UHGV virus genome: UHGV-0095853
DNA from: a virus
DNA length: 35,246 nt
Reading direction: 5' to 3' (one strand)
Shown: positions 9,228-18,026 of the stretch, piece by piece
Layout of the letters: every line of letters begins with the position of its first letter
Position numbering within the stretch: position 1 is the first letter of the stretch
The notes under the pieces: model-generated
The model's input: only the letters and a program-made list of their open reading frames with translations
Told to the model about the DNA's origin: nothing
Database searches by the model: none
Position numbers and translations under genes: made by a program

Positions 9228-9444
9228 TGCTTTGGCGTTATGACTCCCTACCGCGCTTCGGCTGAAAGTTAATCGTCAAAAGAACCTTCAACGGGAGCCG
9301 TTAGCGCGATGGATTATGTGCAGTTTGTGATTTCCAAAATAGTGTCAACCACTTTTTGTGGATTTTATTTTTTGACCGAAATTTGGCCTAAATCATGTTG
9401 ATGTAGTTAATTGTTTTTATAACATAAAACTTCATTTTGTTTAC

Positions 9445-10068
9445 ATGAAGGATGGTGTAGTGAAGTTAAGGGTTTTAGGGGCCGCGCTCGCGGCTATGTT
9501 GGGATGCGTATCTGCTAATACTGCCAATGCAACTGCGTTACCTGCACAATTCAGGGCAGGGCAGCAGGTTATGAATAACGCTGGTGGGGATCATTCACAA
9601 GCGGCCATTATGGACTTTTGCAAGAGGGAGGGCATTCCATTACGGCCTGTTGGAACTCAGTTTATTGGTAAAACTGACTTTTGCGTTTTTGCATATACAG
9701 CATATCTGACGGACAAAGCTATAACAAAAACAGGTTATTCAACCAAAGATACTCTTTCCAGATTAAGTCAGGGATGGCAGCAATTCGAAGTGTATCGCCA
9801 GCAAGGATTAGGTGAGTTATTGCAACCACTTTTTATGCTTGCGTTGGTGCCAGAGGGGCAGCAATTTTTGGTTAAAAAGGGAATGCTTCGCCAAAGTGAT
9901 ATTGCCGGGTTCGATAGCATGATGGCTTATGAGCGCAAACTAACCGAGCAGCGAAATAAAAAACCATCTGCTTCATGTGTGCAAAGTAAAACAGCAGAAT
10001 ACAGTGCAGTAGCCGGGCCTTTAGCCAAACAAATGGCAGAGCAATGGTGTAAAAAATACGGGCAATAA
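9445..10068 (+). CDS. Exported protein of unknown function
   Basis: N-terminal signal-peptide-like segment (LRVLGAALAAMLGCVSANTANA). Confidence 0.6.
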   Translation: MKDGVVKLRVLGAALAAMLGCVSANTANATALPAQFRAGQQVMNNAGGDHSQAAIMDFCKREGIPLRPVGTQFIGKTDFCVFAYTAYLTDKAITKTGYSTKDTLSRLSQGWQQFEVYRQQGLGELLQPLFMLALVPEGQQFLVKKGMLRQSDIAGFDSMMAYERKLTEQRNKKPSASCVQSKTAEYSAVAGPLAKQMAEQWCKKYGQ

Positions 10069-10088
10069 GTTACGCAGCGGAGGCAGAA

Positions 10089-10481
10089 TTGAAAAGATTG
10101 GCTATTGCTTTACTGGCGTCTTTCCCTTTGATCGCGAGCGCCGGAAATTTACAAGTTAAGTGCGGTCGGTTTGATATAAAAATCTATCCGGATGCCATAT
10201 TTCTGAATGGGAATAAGGTTGATAACGCACACCGAAAAACTGAATCTGACGTAATGAGCTATGTGTTCCAGGAGTATGCGGAGATGGGGGGAACTTACAC
10301 GCTGTACTCGCTGGATGTTCCTTCTCGCGGTGATATGACATTATCCCATCAATGGCAGAACGCCGATGGCGAAGCTCTGCGCGAGGTTAAAACAGAAAAA
10401 TGTGGCACTTTCCATTCTTTTAAAGGGAAAGCGCCAAATGTTAAATCTGTGCTTGAAAAACAGCGCGCAGGTGAGCTTTAA
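10089..10481 (+). CDS. Exported protein of unknown function
   Basis: Signal peptide MKRLAIALLASFPLIASA; two Cys in the mature part. Confidence 0.6.
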   Translation: MKRLAIALLASFPLIASAGNLQVKCGRFDIKIYPDAIFLNGNKVDNAHRKTESDVMSYVFQEYAEMGGTYTLYSLDVPSRGDMTLSHQWQNADGEALREVKTEKCGTFHSFKGKAPNVKSVLEKQRAGEL

Positions 10482-10868
10482 ACACCTTTAACCACGGAGA
10501 TGCCGTTCCCTGCACGATAGCGGCGGGGAACGGAATTCTCCATCAGGTCACGAATTACTCCCGCCTCATGTAGTCCCACTGTTTCCCAGTATCTGTTTGT
10601 CACCAATTACGCCCCGTTCCGCCAGGGGAAGGTATGAACGAGCTTCTGCTTCGGTTGCAGCCATGACGCAGATATACAGGTGTTTTTGGCAGGAATAGAA
10701 ACGCCAGATAAATTCAGAATGAGTTGGGGTGGGGATAGTAGCGATATTGGCAGCCTCCTTTGACTAAGTTAAGGAGCTACCGCGTGAGGTTCCAATCCCG
10801 GCACCCGTTTTTCTAAGGTGCCGTAGAAATATACCCCACGATAATGCCAGGGCGCAACAGTCAGTATT

Positions 10869-11036
10869 TTATGCTTTGGCGGATTTCTTCCTGGCTTGCT
10901 TGCAGGCGTAGGCCATTGCTTTAGCTTTCACTTCATCCAGCTTCCCGGTGATCACTTCTTTTCCGAGAGTGACAAACCAGTCATAGCAACCGCCAGTGAT
11001 GTTCTGGATTTGAAAGTTGAGGTAGCGAACGGTCAT
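10869..11036 (-). CDS. Possible small protein (55 aa)
   Basis: ATG with GGGGGTG 7 nt upstream; protein-like composition (MTVRYLNFQIQNITGGCYDWFVTLGKEVITGKLDEVKAKAMAYACKQARKKSAKA). Confidence 0.3.
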   Translation of the reverse strand: MTVRYLNFQIQNITGGCYDWFVTLGKEVITGKLDEVKAKAMAYACKQARKKSAKA

Positions 11037-11354
11037 TTTGACACCCCCAGCGCGAGTAAAGAATGCAGATTATCGCGTGAGTGGCGGACAACGAGTGATG
11101 GGAAAAGACAGTAGCTGTTCATAGTGTAGTGACTCCTTGCTTTCGGAGCCGCCATCGACTGTTCCACGGTCTGGTGGCGGCGCAATAAAGGCTGGAACAC
11201 CGTGAGTCAACGGGGGCTTTTCAGCCACCTATATTGCACCGCCATTGGTATGGCGGCGGCAATCATACGAAAAACTAAATAGTTTGTCTCAAAAAGTTGA
11301 CCGGTGTGCCAATCGGTAGTGAATGTACATCGGAGCATTTTTCAATTCAACTTA

Positions 11355-11371
11355 AAATGTTAGAAAACTAA
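11355..11371 (+). promoter_or_regulatory. Single operator-like site AAATGTTAGAAAACTAA at the 3' end of ref
   Basis: Near-identical to the site 25 nt upstream of gene 28613..29650. Confidence 0.35.
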
Positions 11372-11946
11372 TTTATCAATTCAATCGCCATCTGATACAA
11401 CGCCATTTCATCGGCATTGTGCCGCATGAAATCTGCTTTTCCGCCTATTTTTCCGTCAGCATGAACAGGGACCAGCCAGGGATATTGTTCTCGGACCTCG
11501 GCTGGCGCTGCGTACTGGTGGTGCCATTTACACAAAGGGAGGACATATTTATGCGCGTTCTCTGCCGTTCTCCCGAAGATATGGTGCAGGGATACCACTG
11601 GGCTATGTTGCCCGTGAATATGGCAGGCAATGCAGGGGAGAGTACCGATAGCGGTCTGTATCCGGCGTTCATCGGCTGTGAGTGATCTTCCTTTCAGGCC
11701 GCGTGACGTGCGTGTTTTTTTGGACGGAGCTGATACAGCTTTATCTTTTCTCCGCTGTTCATATTGCTTTGCTTTTTCAATTTTCTTTTGCCGATATTCA
11801 GGCGATGCGGCTTTTTCTCTCGCTCGCTGCTGCTGGCGTTGAGCTTGTTGAAGGCGCTTTGCCCTTTGTTCCTCTCGCCAGGCCGGGTCAGCCAATTTTT
11901 GCATGGCTTTTTGTCTCTGTTTCTCCCAATAACTCTGTTTCTGCAT
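11368..11946 (-). CDS. ref: Ref-like HNH endonuclease (P1 recombination enhancement function family)
   Basis: About 80-aa highly charged, probably disordered N-terminus then Cys/His-rich core (CIACHIHG...HHIFGR...CKWHH); divergent promoter carries operator pair. Confidence 0.6.
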   Translation of the reverse strand: MQKQSYWEKQRQKAMQKLADPAWREEQRAKRLQQAQRQQQRAREKAASPEYRQKKIEKAKQYEQRRKDKAVSAPSKKTRTSRGLKGRSLTADERRIQTAIGTLPCIACHIHGQHSPVVSLHHIFGRTAENAHKYVLPLCKWHHQYAAPAEVREQYPWLVPVHADGKIGGKADFMRHNADEMALYQMAIELIN

Positions 11947-11990
11947 GATGGCAGTCTCTTACTTTTCAACGATTTTTCTATGATTGATCA

Positions 11991-12031
11991 AAATGGTTAG
12001 ATATTCAAAATTGATTTTCTAACACAAAACA
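11991..12031. promoter_or_regulatory. Inverted operator pair (GTTAGA-N17-TCTAAC) in the divergent ref / DUF4406 promoter region
   Basis: GGTTAGATA at 11995-12003 and TTTTCTAACAC at 12015-12025, followed by a TAATAT -10-like hexamer. Confidence 0.45.
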
Positions 12032-12063
12032 TTAATATCATTCCTGATAACTGTTTGGAGGAC

Positions 12064-12219
12064 ATGATGCTTATAGCTTTAAGTGCGATCCACCAGCCAT
12101 CTGTGAATGAAATTGGCCTGTTCTATGTGTTGTTTTTCGGGGCGTTGGCGCTACTTGAGCTTGGTATTGAGCTTTTCGCAGTGCTTATGTTTTGCGTCAC
12201 GATTTTGGGGAAATTTTGA
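12064..12219 (+). CDS. Small hydrophobic membrane peptide (51 aa)
   Basis: GGAGG immediately upstream of tandem ATGs; stop overlaps the next gene's ATG (TGATG). Confidence 0.4.
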   Translation: MMLIALSAIHQPSVNEIGLFYVLFFGALALLELGIELFAVLMFCVTILGKF

Positions 12220-12842
12220 TGGTGAAACGTGTTTTGAAAATTTACATCGCGGGGCCGATGACTGGTTATCCAGATTACAACCGTGCTGCGTTTAATGCGA
12301 AAGCGAGCGAGTTGATGGCTGAAGGGCATATCGTTCTGAATCCAGCTGTGTTACCTGGTGGCCTTTGTCAGAGTGAATACATGGATATTTGCCTGGCAAT
12401 GGTGCGTTCTGCTGATGCGATCTATCTGCTTAAGGGATGGGATGTGTCCGCAGGAGCACGTGCAGAACACGCTCTGGCTGAAAAACTTGGGTTGACGGTA
12501 ATTTATGAAGCACCATCTGACACAGATTGCAGAATGGCAGCGCATCTTTACCGTGAACTGGTCGATGCGTTACGTGATGTTGCTATTGAATGTCACGGCA
12601 CGGATCAGCTTCGCGCCCGCTTAAGCAATACCCTTTCCAGTTACCTGTCTTTAGCTGAAGGATACAACCTCCGGCAGCGGAGAATGGTCAAATTAATCAC
12701 GCGTTTATCTCAATCCCTGGCAAATGCCGAACCAACTAATCCGCTAGCTAATGACGCAATGAATTATCTGAAGTCATGCGGCGTTGTTTCTGAAGATGCA
12801 GTTCGTTTTGTGGAGTTTATGTCTCAGAGGATGTCGGCGTGA
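12219..12842 (+). CDS. DUF4406-like protein (nucleoside 2-deoxyribosyltransferase-like fold) with about 100-aa C-terminal extension
   Basis: N-terminal KIYIAGPMTG...VLNP...ADAIYLLKGWDVSAGARAEH pattern; ATG at 12219 preferred over the TTG at 12192. Confidence 0.55.
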   Translation: MVKRVLKIYIAGPMTGYPDYNRAAFNAKASELMAEGHIVLNPAVLPGGLCQSEYMDICLAMVRSADAIYLLKGWDVSAGARAEHALAEKLGLTVIYEAPSDTDCRMAAHLYRELVDALRDVAIECHGTDQLRARLSNTLSSYLSLAEGYNLRQRRMVKLITRLSQSLANAEPTNPLANDAMNYLKSCGVVSEDAVRFVEFMSQRMSA

Positions 12843-13156
12843 GCTGGCGGGGATGGGGAAGGGCGGAAATCATGATACTCCGCCAGTGCGCCGGGACTAT
12901 GACAGTCGAGACTATTGGGAGACTGATCGGACGTACCGGTGGCGCAGTCAGGACTAAAGCGCGGCAACTGCGGATCAGCATGATTCTGAAAGGAGACTTT
13001 CACCAGTCAGCCAAATACCGGCAGAGCGATATAGAACTGGCGCGGCAGCTTCATCAGTGTGGTGTTCCCCGCCGTGAGATCGCGGAAAAACTCGAAATGC
13101 CCCTGGGCATGATTAATCAGTACGTTTATTTCGAAAGGAGAGTGTATGAAGTCTGA
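12839..13156 (+). CDS. Hypothetical protein (105 aa), possible HTH
   Basis: GTG start overlapping upstream stop; GVPRREIAEKLEM helix-turn-helix-like segment. Confidence 0.45.
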   Translation: MSWRGWGRAEIMILRQCAGTMTVETIGRLIGRTGGAVRTKARQLRISMILKGDFHQSAKYRQSDIELARQLHQCGVPRREIAEKLEMPLGMINQYVYFERRVYEV

Positions 13157-13628
13157 AGGTTTAACGCCCGCACAACTGGCAGAGCGTAACGCTGAGTATG
13201 TAACGGAAATTTCCCGACTTGAGCAAGAACGCTCGGCGCTGGCGGCGGAGAATGTTGGGCTGAAACATGCAATGGCTGTAACTCTTGAGCATGTGTCGGT
13301 CACGGATGCAGGGCAGGCCGGAGTTGCTGCAATGATTATCAACGATGCTCTGCACCACAGCGAAACCCCAGCCACCGATGCTTTTATGGCTGAAGGGAAG
13401 ACTGAAGCACGCAAGGAAGGCGCTTATTTTGTGGCGAACAGAATGCTGGCTGCCTGGAAAGCTGGTTTTATTGATGATACTGCGAAGAACGCCGCGGATA
13501 TTGCCCGGATGATTCTTACCTCTACTGAGTTTATGGCTAATGCGCCGGAAGGCGATTTTGATCGCTCATTCTCTGATGGCGTTCTCGAAGATATCGCCGA
13601 ACAGCTTCGTAAAGGAGTCATCCAGTGA
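13146..13628 (+). CDS. Ea22-like family protein (C-terminal module paralogue)
   Basis: Shares PATDAF(M/L)AE and C-terminal AEQLRKG with 17394..18026; AGGAG before ATG. Confidence 0.55.
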   Translation: MKSEGLTPAQLAERNAEYVTEISRLEQERSALAAENVGLKHAMAVTLEHVSVTDAGQAGVAAMIINDALHHSETPATDAFMAEGKTEARKEGAYFVANRMLAAWKAGFIDDTAKNAADIARMILTSTEFMANAPEGDFDRSFSDGVLEDIAEQLRKGVIQ

Positions 13629-14266
13629 GCGAGCTTTATTATCAGACGTTACGTGAACGTTTTTCACCGAAACCAGCGCCTAAATGCTCTGTTTGTGGCG
13701 AGGAAATGTCAATGCAGCGCATATCTGGATCACATGTTGTTTATGCCTGTTCCGGCATGGAGGACGACGGATGCTTCAAAACTGGACGAACTTATGCTGA
13801 CGAGCATTACAAAAAATCGCGCATAACAGTAGTTGATGATAGCGATCCTGATGTGATTGAACTGCTGGACGAGAACATGGAGATGGCTCTAACGCTTGAG
13901 AAGCTGCGTGTTGAGCTGGAGGCTGCTAAACAGCGTATTGCCGAATATGAAAGCAATTGCGGGGCGATGGTGGCGGAATGCCAAAGCAAAAAAGCAGCTC
14001 TTGAGGCAATTCTTAGCCATTGCCCAATTAATCATCCAGATATAGACATCGCATGTATAGCGAACATCGCTCATAACGAATTAGGCGGGGCGAAAAGCAC
14101 TACATCTAAGGCATACCTTGTAGAAATACAGGCACAAGGGGTGGAGGCATTCGCTTTGACGATGCGCGATACCGGAGATGATCCATTTTTTGATTCCGTT
14201 GCTTCTGCTTGCGCGGATGCAGCTGATAGGTTCGCTGCCCAGCTTCGAAAAGGAGGCAAACGGTGA
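13625..14266 (+). CDS. Ea22-like family protein
   Basis: N-terminus MSELYYQTLRER and central LTLEKLRVELEAAKQR as in lambda Ea22-type proteins; GTG start overlapping upstream stop. Confidence 0.6.
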   Translation: MSELYYQTLRERFSPKPAPKCSVCGEEMSMQRISGSHVVYACSGMEDDGCFKTGRTYADEHYKKSRITVVDDSDPDVIELLDENMEMALTLEKLRVELEAAKQRIAEYESNCGAMVAECQSKKAALEAILSHCPINHPDIDIACIANIAHNELGGAKSTTSKAYLVEIQAQGVEAFALTMRDTGDDPFFDSVASACADAADRFAAQLRKGGKR

Positions 14267-14511
14267 GTAATACCGCACGACTACAGCTTGGTTTTTCACC
14301 GCTATCAAAAACCATCGTGTTGGCAAAAATGCGTGACTTAGGGGATGGAACAAAACGTCGTGTCGGCAATGATCGCGGTCGTGATGTTACCAACGAGGCC
14401 GCACAACTCGTTTGGCATCTAGTCATGGCTGAAGGCGGTGAAATTAATTGGGAGCTGGATGATGGTTCTCGCATGGTATTAAAGGCAGAAAAGCAGGAGC
14501 CACCACAGTGA
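14263..14511 (+). CDS. Hypothetical protein (82 aa)
   Basis: GTG start coupled to upstream stop (GTGA); conserved AAAGGAGGCAAAC junction. Confidence 0.45.
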   Translation: MSNTARLQLGFSPLSKTIVLAKMRDLGDGTKRRVGNDRGRDVTNEAAQLVWHLVMAEGGEINWELDDGSRMVLKAEKQEPPQ

Positions 14512-14783
14512 ATATCGACACCACGATAACGATCGATACGGCTCTAAATACCGGTCTGGCACTTCTCGGTTGGTTTTACATCATGTTCAGTGCGGGGAAG
14601 TGGGCGGCTTCTGTTTTTCTAAAACAGTGGGGAAAGCGCCGCAAACAGGAAAAACGCCAGAAAGCGTTGGAGGCGTTCTATGACGCATTTGAACTTAGCC
14701 GCATTGAGCCAGGCACAACAGCCAAGATAGCGACAAAAGGCGACCTGATGATAGTGATGTTCAGACAGGAGAAAACCAAATGA
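14508..14783 (+). CDS. Hypothetical small membrane protein (91 aa)
   Basis: One hydrophobic helix (LALLGWFYIMFSAG) followed by basic stretch. Confidence 0.45.
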   Translation: MNIDTTITIDTALNTGLALLGWFYIMFSAGKWAASVFLKQWGKRRKQEKRQKALEAFYDAFELSRIEPGTTAKIATKGDLMIVMFRQEKTK

Positions 14784-15004
14784 CAGAACAGACGATGACA
14801 AATCGCGAACTTGTTGATGCCGCGATTGAACTTGCTGGCGATTTTTATTCCATGATGGGTTACGAGCATCGACCTGGTTTTAAGTATTGGGAGTCACCGC
14901 ATCCGCAAGAACAACAGGTGTTTGAAATGGCCTGCCGTGCTTTTGAGGTTATACGCGGTTCTGATGTGATGGATGCCGTTGCCGACTTGGAGGATGAAGA
15001 GTGA
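14780..15004 (+). CDS. Hypothetical protein (74 aa)
   Basis: ATG overlapping upstream stop. Confidence 0.5.
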   Translation: MTEQTMTNRELVDAAIELAGDFYSMMGYEHRPGFKYWESPHPQEQQVFEMACRAFEVIRGSDVMDAVADLEDEE

Positions 15005-15312
15005 GCACAATTAAAGAAATGCCGGTAGAACGTGATGAATATGGCTGCTGGACACATCCGGAGTATGAAAAGTTTTGCGCAGGTCGTGAATATATTTCCA
15101 CTGAGGAATTTGACGCCTGGATGAAGGAAAATAATCTTCAGTGGACTATTCGCAGTATGGATGAAGATGATTTTGATCTGGACGCATCTGGTCCCGATAT
15201 TGCCGCCTGGGAACCGGAGCGACCAGAGGGTGAAGGCTGGTTTGTTGGCTCTATTCATGACACTGAAGATGGTCCAGTTTGTATCTGGCTGCGGGAGAAG
15301 GTTGCCGCATGA
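15001..15312 (+). CDS. Hypothetical protein (103 aa)
   Basis: GTG start overlapping upstream stop; acidic protein. Confidence 0.5.
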   Translation: MSTIKEMPVERDEYGCWTHPEYEKFCAGREYISTEEFDAWMKENNLQWTIRSMDEDDFDLDASGPDIAAWEPERPEGEGWFVGSIHDTEDGPVCIWLREKVAA

Positions 15313-16001
15313 TCCAGGCTCTGCATGAAGTGAATTTATATAGCCGTATCGACGGTACCAAATACAGGAATGTCTGGGTTGTTGGTGATCTGCATGGTTG
15401 CTACACCAGACTGATGTCCGAACTCCATCGTGTGGATTTTGACCCGGCGCAGGATTTACTGATATCGGTCGGCGACCTTATCGATCGCGGTACTGAAAAT
15501 GTTGAATGTCTGGAACTATTGCAGATGCCCTGGTTCAGGGCAGTGATGGGGAACCATGAGCGGCTGATGATTGATGCGTTAAGTCCAGATGGCAACGTGA
15601 ATAACTGGCTAATGAATGGCGGTCAATGGTTCTTCATGCTGGACACTGATCAGGAAATATTAGCCAGGGCGCTGGTGGAGCTGGTAAGACGTCTGCCCTA
15701 TATCATTGAGCTGAACACCGGGCATGAAACTATCGTTATAGCCCATGCCGACTATCCAGGTGGAGAGTACCAGTTCGGTAAGGATGTGTCGCTTTTTGAT
15801 GTTGTCTGGTCGCGCAGTCGCGTCGGTGATTCGATAGATGGCATTGGTGGAGAAATCACAGGCGCAGATCGCTTTATCTTTGGGCACACACCGGTACGAA
15901 GACCAAAAGCATACTGGAATCAGCACTACATAGACACGGGCGCGGTTTTTTGCGGAAATCTGACGCTAATGCAGGTGAAGGGAGGGCAGCTTAAAGTCTG
16001 A
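15308..16001 (+). CDS. Serine/threonine protein phosphatase (lambda PPase / PrpA family metallophosphatase)
   Basis: GDLHG, GDLIDRG and GNHE metallophosphatase motifs; near-collinear with lambda PPase. Confidence 0.85.
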
Positions 16002-16021
16002 TCAAATCATTTACGCACTCA

Positions 16022-16063
16022 AAATGTGTTAGAACATTGATTTTAGTTTTCTAACATATTATT
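16022..16063. promoter_or_regulatory. Inverted operator pair (GTTAGA-N15-TCTAAC) upstream of gene 16099
   Basis: TGTGTTAGAAC at 16025-16035 and TTTTCTAACATA at 16047-16058, then TATTAT. Confidence 0.45.
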
Positions 16064-16098
16064 TTACCGCTCGGAACAAAACAGAGTCGGTATACATT

Positions 16099-17094
16099 AT
16101 GAGTGCAATAATCACACCTCATTTCGTAAACGGAGCTGGTGTGGCTGTCTTTCCGGTAGACAAGCCCACCAGTAACTACATTGGCGTAGGTCGCCGTTTC
16201 ATTATCTCCCCACTTCCGCGTGAACAGGCTGAAAACACGCCAGATGGCGTAGTGGATCTGAATTATTCGCTGGTTGCCAACCAGTCTCTGAAATCGTTTT
16301 TTCAAAGCGAGCGCGTATTTAACGCGTTGGGCGGTGAAGATTCGCTTGTTCATTGGGTAAGTTCCAATATCCACGATTGCCAGGCGCACGATAAGCGCGA
16401 TTGCAGCCACCAGCTAACCACTCATTTCTATAACGGCTCTGCCGTTCGCCTGTGCTGGAAGCATGATGCGGAATACATGATGAAGGGGTACAGCAAGCTG
16501 GACGACCAGTTATCCCTGAATCGTGCCAACTGGGTTATGAACTGGGCTGCGAGCGAGTTAAAACTACCGCCAGAACGCGATCTGAGCATGGTTGAACTCA
16601 CTTTTTGGGCCATTCGCCGGAATCTGAAAGATGAGCTGCCAGATGAAGCCGGTCGCATTGCATTTTGTCAGCCAAAAACTGAAATCCCTACCGGTACGCT
16701 GAAAGAATCAGATATCACCTGGGAGCACAGTACCCGCGAGCTGGTGGACATAACCGCAGAGCAGATCGTCAACCTGTCTGTAGATGAGGATTCCGGCCTG
16801 CTTTATATGCGCCGACCAAAAGCGGTCCTCGGTAAAAGCCCGGCTTATCTCCGGTTTGTGGTTTCTCGTCCGTGCATCGGATGCGGTGGCAAAGTTAACC
16901 ACCCGTTCATGTACCGCGCCCGCTCGTTAAACGAACACGACCGCTGGGCTGTTCCTCTTTGCGATGACTGCGCCAGAAGCGCAGAACACGATGTCCGGGC
17001 ATGGGAAAAAGCACATGGCATACGCCTTTATGTAGTCGCTAACCAGCTTTTCGACTTCGCCATCGAGCGCGGAGTGATCACGTTTAATAACTGA
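16099..17094 (+). CDS. Phage protein of unknown function with C-terminal Cys/His-rich zinc-binding-like motif (possibly DUF968-like)
   Basis: PCIGCGG...HD...CDDCARSAEHD motif at C-terminus. Confidence 0.55.
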   Translation: MSAIITPHFVNGAGVAVFPVDKPTSNYIGVGRRFIISPLPREQAENTPDGVVDLNYSLVANQSLKSFFQSERVFNALGGEDSLVHWVSSNIHDCQAHDKRDCSHQLTTHFYNGSAVRLCWKHDAEYMMKGYSKLDDQLSLNRANWVMNWAASELKLPPERDLSMVELTFWAIRRNLKDELPDEAGRIAFCQPKTEIPTGTLKESDITWEHSTRELVDITAEQIVNLSVDEDSGLLYMRRPKAVLGKSPAYLRFVVSRPCIGCGGKVNHPFMYRARSLNEHDRWAVPLCDDCARSAEHDVRAWEKAHGIRLYVVANQLFDFAIERGVITFNN

Positions 17095-17107
17095 TGGGAA
17101 CAACGCA

Positions 17108-17407
17108 ATGAGTCAAGGTAACGGTGACGGAGCTGCAAAGTGCAGAATCTCCACTTGTTTGATTAATGGCAGAAAAATAGAACCGTGCGCGGCGCTGGCA
17201 CAATCTCTGGAGCAGGATGCTGAATACACGACGCGAAAAGGCCTGCTGAAATACAAAGTCTATAACCATGAATTAATTCATTCACAGGACCTGATCATGC
17301 TGCGGTCTGGTGAATTTTCTAAATCGCCTATTCGAGTTTCATTTTGCCCATTCTGTGGTGAAAGTCTGAAAACGTGGGAAGCGGAGGCAACCAGTGAGCA
17401 AAATTAA
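17108..17407 (+). CDS. Hypothetical protein (99 aa), zinc-ribbon-like Cys pairs
   Basis: CxxC-type pairs (CRISTC, CPFCGE). Confidence 0.5.
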   Translation: MSQGNGDGAAKCRISTCLINGRKIEPCAALAQSLEQDAEYTTRKGLLKYKVYNHELIHSQDLIMLRSGEFSKSPIRVSFCPFCGESLKTWEAEATSEQN

Positions 17408-18026
17408 CTATCAAGAACTGCGCGAGGCGGCGGAACAGGCAACGCAAGATGAATGGGTAGCATATATTTTGCCGGGTCATAACGGCATTTATCCTGCGCG
17501 CACGTCTGAGGGTAGGCATTGCGGATACTTTATTGACTGGCCTGGCGTCTGTCAGGGGCGGGAGAGCATCAGCATCAGAACCTACGCAGTGAATTGCAAT
17601 GACGCATGGCTAAACACCGAAGGTGATGACATCTCCGGCTCATACGTTAAGTACAAAGACCATCAGGAAGTGGTTGCCGCTCTTGAGGCCAAGTGCGCGG
17701 CGCTGGCAGTGGAGAATGAGCTGGCTCGTAAGGCAGTTCAGGCATTCTGCGATGTTGTTGGCGACAACACTGAGGTTATCGCTGAGGTGGTTGGGCGAGA
17801 TGGCGTTCTGGTTATTTTGGAGGCCATGAAGGCAACAGGAAATATGCCAGCCACCGATGCTTTCCTGGCTGAAGTACGGGCGCAGGGCGTGGATATGGCT
17901 CGTAACGCGATGATTGATTTTGTTGATGGTGAAGTTGGGCCAAACAAGAACGTTCCGGGGCTGATTAGAGGCGCAGAGATATGCGTAAGTATTGCTGAAC
18001 TGCTTCGCAAAGGAGGCAACCAGTGA
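17394..18026 (+). CDS. Ea22-like family protein
   Basis: N-terminus MSKINYQELREAAEQATQDEW; C-terminal module shared with 13146..13628. Confidence 0.6.
   Translation: MSKINYQELREAAEQATQDEWVAYILPGHNGIYPARTSEGRHCGYFIDWPGVCQGRESISIRTYAVNCNDAWLNTEGDDISGSYVKYKDHQEVVAALEAKCAALAVENELARKAVQAFCDVVGDNTEVIAEVVGRDGVLVILEAMKATGNMPATDAFLAEVRAQGVDMARNAMIDFVDGEVGPNKNVPGLIRGAEICVSIAELLRKGGNQ

Noticed and set aside
10780-10806. tRNA fragment suggested by GGTTCCAATCC
   Set aside because: No acceptor or T-stem pairing and no CCA context; does not fold into a cloverleaf by eye
10896-11114. Plus-strand ORF 10896..11114 (72 aa, TTG start)
   Set aside because: Non-ATG start, no RBS and unconvincing composition; the overlapping minus-strand 55-aa ORF with a G-rich RBS is more plausible, though itself uncertain
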